The position numbers and the translations under genes were made by a program. Source: an uncultured Gammaproteobacteria bacterium (GTDB taxonomy: Bacteria; Patescibacteriota; Patescibacteriia; Magasanikbacterales; GCA-002688135). Taken from it: 64,000 bases of DNA. The DNA is taken from positions 1,982-65,981 of the forward strand of contig CAZHVT010000002.1 in assembly GCA_964536205.1 (NCBI GenBank). Reading direction: 5' to 3'. The notes under the pieces were generated by a model that saw only the letters and a program-made list of their open reading frames with translations, searched no databases and had not been told where the DNA came from. Below are positions 55,838 to 64,000 of the stretch, piece by piece (position 1 is the stretch's first letter; each line of letters opens with the position of its first letter).

Positions 55838-57463
55838 TTACAAACCTCCTGCATCAGTAATATCGTGTGGGAGGATTTTTATTTTGATGAGTTTGTCACG
55901 GACAACGCGGACAAAGACATGCATTTCATGAGACTTAAGAATGAGCCCAACAAAGACATACGTAAGACATCCAGCCAATCCAACTGCACACGCTTGAATA
56001 AAGATCCCCATTCCTGTGGTCATATCAACAAGTGACGAAATAGGGGATTTGAGAATCTGCATCACTAACGCCATAGCAAGCGCTGCAACGGTCATTTTAA
56101 AAAGTGAAACTAAGATTCTACGACCATCCAATGATTTTGTTTTGGGAACTAGCATTGTCCATAAAAGTGCGACTTGTACTAAGGCACCAACACTCACACC
56201 CAACGCAATACCTTGCACGCCAATCACGCGAGACGCAAGATACGCAACAAACAAAACAATCGTTTCCGCAAGAATCGCAATCACAACAGGAGTTTTGGTA
56301 TCCTCAAATGCATAAAATCCTCGCACCAGAAGATGAACCAAACCAAGTGCGGCAAATCCAACTGCAAACATCGCAAGTGTATCAAATGTCATGACGGTAT
56401 CTTGCCAATCAAACGCACCAGTTCCCAAAAGCACACGAACAATCTGCGCACGCAAAATCACAAACAAAACTGTAGAAGGGATCATCAAGAATAATATTTG
56501 TCGAACCGTACTTGAAAAACTTTTTGTAAATGTCTCTTGTGTTTTTTCCATCGCACCTTCAGACAGGGTGGGGAAGGCAGCAACAGCATATGAAACCGCA
56601 AAAATCCCAATCGGCACAAATGCAATATTATGTGCCAACTGAAATGCAGAAATCGATCCAGCTGAAAGTGTAGATGTGATTGCGGTCAGTGCAATCAATG
56701 AGACTTGACTCACCGCCAATCCTAAGGTACGAGGTGCCATCAAATACAAAATACGTTTCACCTCATGTGTAAGTTTCAGTGAAAATTGTAAGGTAAATCC
56801 CTGTCCGCGCAAAGCATAATATTGAATCCCTGCATGTAAAAGCGCGCCAAGCACCACACCCCAAGCCAATCCAATAACCCCCATCTTTGAATAAAAAAAT
56901 GTCGCCCCAACAATAATTCCTCCATTATATAAAATCGGAGCAAGCGCAAACACAAAAAATTGTCGAAGAGATTGCAATGCGCCGCCAAGCACAGCAGAAA
57001 ATCCAAGAAAGAAAGGTGATAAAAACATCACGCGCGTAAACGCGACAGCTTGAATATGTGCAGCTTCAGAAAAACCCGGAGCAACAAGTGACATTAATGG
57101 ATCAGCAAAAATAAAAAGAAAAACTGCAGCAATCGCCATCACAATAGAACCCAAACTCAAAACAGTTTGCACAATCGGCCACGAAGCCTTCAGCCCATTC
57201 ATTTTACGAAATTTCGTAAACACCGGAATGAATCCAGCAGAAAGCGCACCCAAAATAATCAAATTAAATAAAAGATCAGGAATTTTAAATGCCGCATAAT
57301 ACGCATCCAAAACCTCACCTGCCCCAAACTGATGCGCGAAAATACGATCACGAATCAATCCAAGAATACGACTTAAAAAAGTAGCACCCGCCATGAGGAC
57401 GGCCGCTCCGGTGATGGAGGTTGAGATGTGGTTCAGGAGTCTTTTTGGCATATTCATTGTCAT
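55838..57463 (-). CDS. murJ: lipid II flippase MurJ (MviN)
   Basis: 14-TM protein. N-terminal motif FLSRILGLIRDRIFAHQFGAGEVLDAYYAAFKIPDLLFNL is characteristic of MurJ. Confidence 0.75.
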   Translation of the reverse strand: MTMNMPKRLLNHISTSITGAAVLMAGATFLSRILGLIRDRIFAHQFGAGEVLDAYYAAFKIPDLLFNLIILGALSAGFIPVFTKFRKMNGLKASWPIVQTVLSLGSIVMAIAAVFLFIFADPLMSLVAPGFSEAAHIQAVAFTRVMFLSPFFLGFSAVLGGALQSLRQFFVFALAPILYNGGIIVGATFFYSKMGVIGLAWGVVLGALLHAGIQYYALRGQGFTLQFSLKLTHEVKRILYLMAPRTLGLAVSQVSLIALTAITSTLSAGSISAFQLAHNIAFVPIGIFAVSYAVAAFPTLSEGAMEKTQETFTKSFSSTVRQILFLMIPSTVLFVILRAQIVRVLLGTGAFDWQDTVMTFDTLAMFAVGFAALGLVHLLVRGFYAFEDTKTPVVIAILAETIVLFVAYLASRVIGVQGIALGVSVGALVQVALLWTMLVPKTKSLDGRRILVSLFKMTVAALAMALVMQILKSPISSLVDMTTGMGIFIQACAVGLAGCLTYVFVGLILKSHEMHVFVRVVRDKLIKIKILPHDITDAGGL

Positions 57464-57532
57464 CCCGGCGCAGGCCGGGATCCATTGTCCGGATCATTAC
57501 AACGCATGGATCCCGGCCTGCGCCGGGATGAC
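57459..57532. repeat. palindromic repeat copy E (GTCATCCCGGCGCAGGCCGGGATCCA-N22-TGGATCCCGGCCTGCGCCGGGATGAC), perfect arms
   Basis: Read directly. Sits between murJ and the GT2 gene on the minus strand. Confidence 0.75.
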
Positions 57533-57535
57533 AAG

Positions 57536-58318
57536 TTACTTCTTTTTCTTGAAAATCTTTTTCGCAATCAAATCTTTCTTTTCTTTGAGTTTTTTAAAAC
57601 GAGTTGATTTTTCAGCATGCTTGCCATAACCAAATCTATAATTAAACAGATCGTGTTTTACACTACCCAAAGTAGACATATGCAATTCACACGCAGCATA
57701 TTTGGCCATAGTTTTAAGTCGTCCATCTTTTTGTAAACGACGCGTACTTGTCAAAATAGGCGCACTTCGCAAAACCCCAAATGAACCATAATGCGCGGCA
57801 CGCTGCACATAATCATGATCCTCCGCCAACTTCACCTCCTCATCAAAACCACTAATTTTCTCATGAATCTCTCGCATGATAAAAATACAAAATCCCGGAG
57901 CATGAGGTTTGAGTTTTTCAGTAAGACGCGTATATCCGTTATAAGCTTTATACAATAATGCATCAATCATTTGACCATCAGAAGCCTTGATATCACATGT
58001 CGCAATATCAAGATTTCGAGATTTCATTTCATCCAACGTATCCTCAAGATATGTCGAAGAGGGAAATCGAACATCAGCATCAAAAAAAATGAGAAGTTTT
58101 GTACGCGCAACAGCAGCACCAGCATTTCGTCCAGCGGAAGGTAATCCGCCCTCCACAACGCGCGCGCCGTTCATATGAGCTATTTCACGTGTACGATCTG
58201 TCGAATGCGCATCAGCAATAATCACTTCATGAGGCTGACGAGTTTGCTCCTTAATATCCTTCAACAATAAAGGAAGATATTGTTCTTCGTTATATGTAGG
58301 AATAATAATCGAAAACAT
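57536..58318 (-). CDS. family 2 glycosyltransferase
   Basis: MFSIIIPTYNEEQYLPLLL ... DAHSTD ... FDADV GT-A motifs. Confidence 0.65.
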   Translation of the reverse strand: MFSIIIPTYNEEQYLPLLLKDIKEQTRQPHEVIIADAHSTDRTREIAHMNGARVVEGGLPSAGRNAGAAVARTKLLIFFDADVRFPSSTYLEDTLDEMKSRNLDIATCDIKASDGQMIDALLYKAYNGYTRLTEKLKPHAPGFCIFIMREIHEKISGFDEEVKLAEDHDYVQRAAHYGSFGVLRSAPILTSTRRLQKDGRLKTMAKYAACELHMSTLGSVKHDLFNYRFGYGKHAEKSTRFKKLKEKKDLIAKKIFKKKK

Positions 58319-58319
58319 A

Positions 58320-59090
58320 TCAAAATGTATGTGGAACTGTCACAATCAATTTCATAGCCTCAACACCCTTTCGACGCAAATCATAATTCTCAATCAACAA
58401 ACTTCCAGAAATTTCACCTCGCTTAAATTCAGCTTCAAAATTATTTGCATTGTCAAAACGAGTTGTCACGCGCACGCCAGCATCCTCAAAAGCTCGCATA
58501 TAAAAATCTCGAACTTCTTCAATATCTTCAGGAAGCTCGCCCCATGAAAGTGTAATTCGATCCGAAGAGCTTTCATCACCAGGGGTCAAAAAGATTTCTC
58601 GAATTTCACCTCCTGCTGCGACAAATTGATCAAGCAATGATGGACTTTCGGATTTACGCAGAGAAATAATTTTCTCAATCGGATTATAAATCAAACGAGG
58701 AAGTGCTGTTGCAGTTGAAAGTGTTCGATTTGCATTTACTGCCCGCGTAACTTTGATAGATCGAATTGAATCTGGCTCAAACACAGAAACAGCCTCTGGA
58801 AAATGATCAGGAACTTGAGATAAATTGATGGTCCGTGGCCCCCATGCAATTCTCAAAATCAACAGCATCAAAATACCAATCATCACCAAACATCCACATG
58901 ACGAAAAACACCCGCCTCGCAGACAGGATCGTTTTTCCGATAAAATCGGCTCTTGTACATCACTGACGGCTTCTTCGTGGATTCGTGACATATTCGAGGT
59001 TATGTTAGCACAGATAGATATCAAAATAAAGACATAAAAAACACCCCATAAGGGTGTTATTAATCGCGATGTTTTGCCTTCAAACGCCAC
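58320..59090 (-). CDS. hypothetical protein with TM anchor
   Basis: ORF only. Start uncertain. Confidence 0.35.
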   Translation of the reverse strand: MAFEGKTSRLITPLWGVFYVFILISICANITSNMSRIHEEAVSDVQEPILSEKRSCLRGGCFSSCGCLVMIGILMLLILRIAWGPRTINLSQVPDHFPEAVSVFEPDSIRSIKVTRAVNANRTLSTATALPRLIYNPIEKIISLRKSESPSLLDQFVAAGGEIREIFLTPGDESSSDRITLSWGELPEDIEEVRDFYMRAFEDAGVRVTTRFDNANNFEAEFKRGEISGSLLIENYDLRRKGVEAMKLIVTVPHTF

Positions 59091-59344
59091 ATTCCAGAAT
59101 CAACAACAGGTTCTAATGTGATCGTATATCGATCAGGCCATCGAGTTTCAAGTTCCTGCGAATGTTTCCGTACCGTTTCTTCAGGACCGACTTCGCTAAT
59201 CGAAAAGCAATCGCCCTCTTCAATCGTCTCGACACATTCAGAATCTGGAGGTTCCTTTTTTTCATCATCCATGACGTCCTCGCAGGGGATAGAGGTCTCA
59301 AAAAGAACTGTCGCCAGTGTACCCTCGATTGTGATATAGTGCAA
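59060..59344 (-). CDS. small acidic hypothetical protein (94 aa)
   Basis: ORF only. Overlaps the previous gene end by 31 nt. Confidence 0.25.
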   Translation of the reverse strand: MHYITIEGTLATVLFETSIPCEDVMDDEKKEPPDSECVETIEEGDCFSISEVGPEETVRKHSQELETRWPDRYTITLEPVVDSGMWRLKAKHRD

Positions 59345-59365
59345 TATCAGATAATAAGCAATATT

Positions 59366-60721
59366 ATGAAACTACATTTTTTTGGAGCGGCAGGGGAAGT
59401 GACAGGGTCGTTGTATTTATTGGAGATTAAGGATAAGAAGATTATTGTGGATTGTGGGATGTTTCAGGGGAGTAAGTTTGCGGATGTGAAGAATTTGGAG
59501 GCGTTTAAGTTTGATCCTACTGAAATTGATGCGGTGGTGGTGACGCATGCGCACGCAGATCATAATGCGAGAATTCCGAAATTGGTGCATGAAGGATATC
59601 GTGGGCCTGTCTACGCAACAGATGTTTCTGCAAAGCTCATTCCTATTGTGTGGTACGACGCCGCAAAGATCATGGATTATGATCATAAAAAAACTGGCGA
59701 TGAAAGATTATATACCGCAATTGATGTTGATCGTGCAGTAGAACACATCGAACCGGTCGAATATGGAAAAACAATCAACCTCACTCAAGACATTACGATC
59801 ACATTTCATGACGCAGGGCATATTTTGGGCTCAGCATGGGTAACTATTACAAACGAAGATTTTTCATATGTCTTTTCCGGAGATTTAGGAAATGTGGATG
59901 TTCCGTTAGTAAAAGAAAAAGAACCGTATGAAGGTTCTGATGTGTTAATCATGGAATCAACATATGGAGATCGAACGCACGGCCCAGGAACCGACCGAGC
60001 AGAAAAATTAAAAGAAGTTTTGATTGATACGGTTGAGCGCGGCGGAGTTTTAATGATCCCTGCCTTCTCATTAGAACGAACCCAAGAAATTTTATACGAA
60101 TTGAATTATTTGATAGATGAATGTAAATGCGTTCCGAAAGTTCCTATCTTTCTCGATTCCCCCATGGCGATCCGAGCAACAAATGTGTACACCGAATCCA
60201 CACACGTGATGGATAAAGAAGCCAGAGAAAAAGTTGGGGCAGGAGATGCATTATTTGATTTTCCAGGACTCAAAATGACCATGGCGACGGATGAATCAAA
60301 AGCTATCAATAATGTCCCCAATCCTAAAATTATTATTGCAGGTTCAGGCATGATGGCGGGTGGAAGAATCATGCATCATTTAAAACGATATTTGAAAGAT
60401 CCAAAATCGACTTTGCTCATTGTCTCATATCAAGCACAAGGAACACTCGGCAGTAAAATCCAATCCGGCGCAAAGAGCGTTTCAATCTACGGAGAAAAAA
60501 TCGAGATCAAATGTTTAGTCACACAAATCGGCGCATACTCCGCGCATGCAGATTCAGACATGCTCATCGATTGGGTCAAAGGCGCGAAGAAAAAACCAAA
60601 ACACATCTACCTCACACACGGCGATCCAGAATCTGCTGAAGCTCTCGCCGAACGCTTGAGAAATGAACTCGGCTGCGATGTCCGTGTTCCAGCTCGTGGT
60701 GATGTTGCAGAATTACAATAG
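59366..60721 (+). CDS. MBL-fold metallo-hydrolase, beta-CASP family (RNA-metabolising ribonuclease-like)
   Basis: HxHxDH motif VVVTHAHADHNARIP. Downstream motifs (ESTYGDR ... AGSGMMAGGRIMHH ... HAD) are typical of beta-CASP nucleases. Start moved to the internal ATG (MKLHFFGAAGE). Confidence 0.65.
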   Translation: MKLHFFGAAGEVTGSLYLLEIKDKKIIVDCGMFQGSKFADVKNLEAFKFDPTEIDAVVVTHAHADHNARIPKLVHEGYRGPVYATDVSAKLIPIVWYDAAKIMDYDHKKTGDERLYTAIDVDRAVEHIEPVEYGKTINLTQDITITFHDAGHILGSAWVTITNEDFSYVFSGDLGNVDVPLVKEKEPYEGSDVLIMESTYGDRTHGPGTDRAEKLKEVLIDTVERGGVLMIPAFSLERTQEILYELNYLIDECKCVPKVPIFLDSPMAIRATNVYTESTHVMDKEAREKVGAGDALFDFPGLKMTMATDESKAINNVPNPKIIIAGSGMMAGGRIMHHLKRYLKDPKSTLLIVSYQAQGTLGSKIQSGAKSVSIYGEKIEIKCLVTQIGAYSAHADSDMLIDWVKGAKKKPKHIYLTHGDPESAEALAERLRNELGCDVRVPARGDVAELQ

Positions 60722-60796
60722 ACCAGCTATAGTACAGTCACTACAAAGCAGACAACCCTAGTGGACCAATCCGCGGGGTTTTGTCGTTGGAGATAT

Positions 60797-62851
60797 ATGA
60801 AATTTAAATTAGAGTCGAAATTCAAACCAGCGGGGGATCAACCAAAGGCAATTAATGCCTTAGTTAAGGGTGTCAAAAAGGGAGAGGAGTTTCAGACATT
60901 GCTCGGTGTAACAGGTTCAGGGAAAACATATGTGATGGCAAATGTCATTGAGAAAGTGCAGAAGCCAACATTGATTATTGTGCATAACAAAACGCTTGCC
61001 GCACAACTCTGTTCCGAGCTGCGAGAATTTTTTCCTCACAACGCAGTTGAGTATTTCGTATCATATTATGATTATTATCAACCAGAAGCATATGTTTCAG
61101 CCTCTGACACATATATCGATAAAGAAGCACAGGTGAATGATGAGATAGACCGATTGCGACACTCAGCGACACAATCATTGCTCACACGGAAAGATGTTAT
61201 TATTGTTGCGAGTGTTTCATGTATATTTTCAATTGGTGCGCCAGAAGAATACATGAAAGGATCGATGAAATTAACAGTTGGGCAAACAGTGACGCGTGGA
61301 GATATCATGCGACATTTAGTTGAAATGCAATTCATCAGAACAAATGCAGATGTACTGCGCGGACAATTTCGAGTACGCGGAGATGTAATCGAATTGCATC
61401 CAGTCCATCAAGAATTTCTAGTGAGAATTACAATGGATGAACAAAAAATAAAAAAACTTGAGATTTTAGATACCATCAAGCATGCAGTAGAGGATGAGCG
61501 CAAAAGCGTGATCGTATTTCCCGCAACACATTACGTCACAGGAGAAGCATCACGCGAAAAAGCGATCAAAACAATCCGAGCAGAATTGAATGAGCGATTG
61601 AAGTTTTATCAAAAAGCAGGAAAAGTACTCGAATCAGAACGAATCGAACGGAGAACTAAAATGGATTTAGAAATGATGAAGAATGTTGGATTCTGTCATG
61701 GAATTGAAAACTACTCGCGACATTTTGATGGACGACATCCTGGAGAAGCGCCAACAACGCTCGTTGATTATTTCCCCGATAACTTCCTCACAATTATCGA
61801 TGAATCACACGTAACAGTCCCACAGATTCGAGGAATGTACGCTGGCGATCACGCACGAAAAAAGCAACTCGTGGAATATGGATTTCGATTACCATCAGCA
61901 ATCGATAACAGACCGTTGCAATTTGATGAATATGAAGATCGTATCAAACAAACAATTTTCACATCAGCTACGCCAAGCGTCTATGAAAAAGAACATGCGG
62001 GAAAACCGGTCGAAATGATTGTGCGTCCAACAGGGTTGGTCGATCCAGAGGTGATCATCAAACCAGTGACGCCAACAGATGAGGTTGAAGGGCAGATTGA
62101 TGATTTGTTGGAAAGAGTTCGAGATAGAATCAAAAAAGGTGAGCGTGTTTTGGTTACAACACTCACAAAGAAAATGGCAGAAGATCTCTCGGATTTTATT
62201 AACGAGGAACACAAAAATTCTGCGGTCTATATTCATTCAGATGTAAAAACAATTGAACGACTCAAGATTTTGGAGAAATTCAGACGTGGCGATTACGATG
62301 TTTTGGTGGGAGTAAACTTATTGAGAGAAGGATTAGATTTGCCGGAAGTAACACTGGTAGCGATTTTGGATGCAGATAAGGAGGGATTCTTACGATCAGA
62401 AACATCGATCATTCAAACGATGGGACGAGCAGCTCGCAATGTCGATGGACAAGTAGTTTTATATGCAGACAACATCACCGGTTCATTGAAGCGAGCAATT
62501 GAGGAAACAGAACGCCGCCGCGAAATTCAATTAGCATACAACAAAAAACACAACATCACTCCACAAACAATCACAAAGAAAATCAAATCAATCGAATCAG
62601 AATTCGGATTAACTTCAGATGAAGACAAAGAAAAACGAGAAAAGAAACAAACAGTCATTCAGAAAATCATGGCGCTGGAACTTGCGCCATCATACGGAAT
62701 GGATCCAGCAAAACTCATCAAACAAAAAACAAAGGATATGAAAGAGGCTGCGGCGAATCTAGAATTCGAATTGGCAGCAATACTGCGTGATGAAATTAAG
62801 GAGTTATCAAAACAAACAAGGATCAAAAAGCCAAAGTCGAAGAAGAAGTGA
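60797..62851 (+). CDS. uvrB: excinuclease ABC subunit B
   Basis: Walker A GVTGSGKT, helicase motifs, and the C-terminal UVR domain ELAAILRDEIKEL. Start at the internal ATG (MKFKLESKF). Confidence 0.85.
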   Translation: MKFKLESKFKPAGDQPKAINALVKGVKKGEEFQTLLGVTGSGKTYVMANVIEKVQKPTLIIVHNKTLAAQLCSELREFFPHNAVEYFVSYYDYYQPEAYVSASDTYIDKEAQVNDEIDRLRHSATQSLLTRKDVIIVASVSCIFSIGAPEEYMKGSMKLTVGQTVTRGDIMRHLVEMQFIRTNADVLRGQFRVRGDVIELHPVHQEFLVRITMDEQKIKKLEILDTIKHAVEDERKSVIVFPATHYVTGEASREKAIKTIRAELNERLKFYQKAGKVLESERIERRTKMDLEMMKNVGFCHGIENYSRHFDGRHPGEAPTTLVDYFPDNFLTIIDESHVTVPQIRGMYAGDHARKKQLVEYGFRLPSAIDNRPLQFDEYEDRIKQTIFTSATPSVYEKEHAGKPVEMIVRPTGLVDPEVIIKPVTPTDEVEGQIDDLLERVRDRIKKGERVLVTTLTKKMAEDLSDFINEEHKNSAVYIHSDVKTIERLKILEKFRRGDYDVLVGVNLLREGLDLPEVTLVAILDADKEGFLRSETSIIQTMGRAARNVDGQVVLYADNITGSLKRAIEETERRREIQLAYNKKHNITPQTITKKIKSIESEFGLTSDEDKEKREKKQTVIQKIMALELAPSYGMDPAKLIKQKTKDMKEAAANLEFELAAILRDEIKELSKQTRIKKPKSKKK

Positions 62852-63995
62852 AGATGCGCCAATCCCATTCATCGTAGGTTTTGATCCAGTATTCATCGGT
62901 GATGAGCGTTGGATCAAGATCGATACGATGAGAAGTTCCGCCATTAGGATAGTTATCGATCCAAAAGTTTAACGGATATGAATCGGTCGTTTCATCATAA
63001 AAAAGCAATAAAGCATCAACAGGGGGATCAAGTTTTTGTGTGGCTTCAAAAAACGCTTGAGGAGTTGAAGTGGAAATGATTGAAGTTAACGTATCTAATC
63101 GATCAGAAAACCCAGCAGCGAAATGAGAGTAATGTTCATTGTGAGAAATATAATATTTCAGCGGAAGATACGTATTGATTTCCGGTCGCGTCGGCGCAAG
63201 CCATGTGCGATCTGCATAATCCGGAGCATGTTCGCGGATAGATTCTGCCAAAATAAACTCCTTTGGCACAAGAGTATTTTCATTCATCTGCTCGATAATT
63301 CCGGGACGATCAATCATATCTATAAGTGGCGAAAGACTTCCAAGAATTACGACACCTACGACACCCGCAGAAATCTGCGCGGAACGACCATATCGAAATG
63401 AAAGATAATAAAAAGCCTGAAGTAGTACATGTCCAAGTCCAACAGCTAAACATGCGCGCACAAGATAGAGAAATGGTTTTGAGGGAAGTAGTGGAGTCGC
63501 ATCCTTCACAAACTGGAACAATCCGAAAAATTGATAGAGATATGAAATCGCAAACAGAATCAAAACAGAACTGAAAAATCGTTTCTTGCGAGCAAGAATC
63601 AAACCAATCAATCCAACAAGGGAAAGTACTCCGCGCAAACTAAATTCAGCCCACGGAGTAAAAGTAAGAATATCGTGAATGCTAAAGTATGTGCCTTGTG
63701 CGAGGTCAATGCCATGAATTTGAATCGATTGATAGAGCGGAACAAGATACGGAGATGAAAAAGCAAGAACAAAAATTCCTAAAAAAATGAGATGCATGAC
63801 ATTATGAAATCGATGGGGTGGAAGGAAGACGAGAAATGCGAGCGTGGCGGCAATCAGAACTCCCCAGAAATAATATGACATCAAAATAATCGCACCAGAA
63901 ATTCCATAGAAAAATAAATGTTTGAGTTTCCATCGATCCTTTTGGAACTGTACGCCGATCGCGCCGACAAGCAGTACACTCAATAACGCAGACAA
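62823..63995 (-). CDS. hypothetical polytopic membrane protein (N-terminus may extend beyond the window)
   Basis: Several TM helices in the N-terminal half and a soluble C-terminal domain. Overlaps the uvrB end by 29 nt. Confidence 0.4.
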   Translation of the reverse strand: MSALLSVLLVGAIGVQFQKDRWKLKHLFFYGISGAIILMSYYFWGVLIAATLAFLVFLPPHRFHNVMHLIFLGIFVLAFSSPYLVPLYQSIQIHGIDLAQGTYFSIHDILTFTPWAEFSLRGVLSLVGLIGLILARKKRFFSSVLILFAISYLYQFFGLFQFVKDATPLLPSKPFLYLVRACLAVGLGHVLLQAFYYLSFRYGRSAQISAGVVGVVILGSLSPLIDMIDRPGIIEQMNENTLVPKEFILAESIREHAPDYADRTWLAPTRPEINTYLPLKYYISHNEHYSHFAAGFSDRLDTLTSIISTSTPQAFFEATQKLDPPVDALLLFYDETTDSYPLNFWIDNYPNGGTSHRIDLDPTLITDEYWIKTYDEWDWRIFTSSSTLAF

Positions 63996-64000
63996 AGCTT

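Noticed and set aside
59162-59365. N-terminal 68-aa extension of the beta-CASP ORF (MFPYRFFRTDF...)
   Set aside because: Low-complexity, overlaps the oppositely oriented 59060-59344 ORF, and an internal ATG (59366) follows an A/T-rich RBS-like region and begins the conserved MBL domain.

Overview
This window is from an AT-rich, gene-dense bacterial chromosome with short intergenic regions, four tRNAs and many small or hypothetical membrane proteins. The housekeeping backbone includes the glyQS 3-prime end, an M16 peptidase, tpiA, pgi, rpmG, ppa, metK, pyrF, msrA, a cyclophilin PPIase, an NDH-2-like oxidoreductase, HU, yidC, rnhA, recJ, lepA, murJ and uvrB, plus a CIRCE-controlled hrcA-grpE-dnaK ... 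dnaJ locus. Six gene units are clearly GC-richer than this backbone, and each sits behind a TTGACA-N17-TAGnnT promoter: a VIT-vWA protein beside tRNA-Tyr, a hypothetical gene after tRNA-Trp, a MoxR-like AAA+ ATPase with a membrane vWA partner, a vWA / zinc-ribbon-FHA / unknown 443-aa three-gene cassette, and a Cys-rich CxxC protein. The cassette is the best candidate here for an undescribed NTP- or phospho-dependent signalling or conflict system. The window also holds a family of about 70-bp perfect palindromic repeats (GTCATCCCGGCGYAGGCCGGGATCCA ... inverted) in at least five intergenic copies, with one arm inserted in-frame in the grpE N-terminus. A second element type occurs twice, with inverted heptamer arrays around an ATCGCTTCGCGAT core. 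A duplicated tRNA-Tyr 3-prime end suggests an integration scar. About 290 nt upstream of hrcA are ORF-free and end in a terminator, which may be a structured ncRNA. A CotH / VTC / DUF4956-like cluster is also present. All calls come from reading the sequence and from motif memory; no database searches were run.
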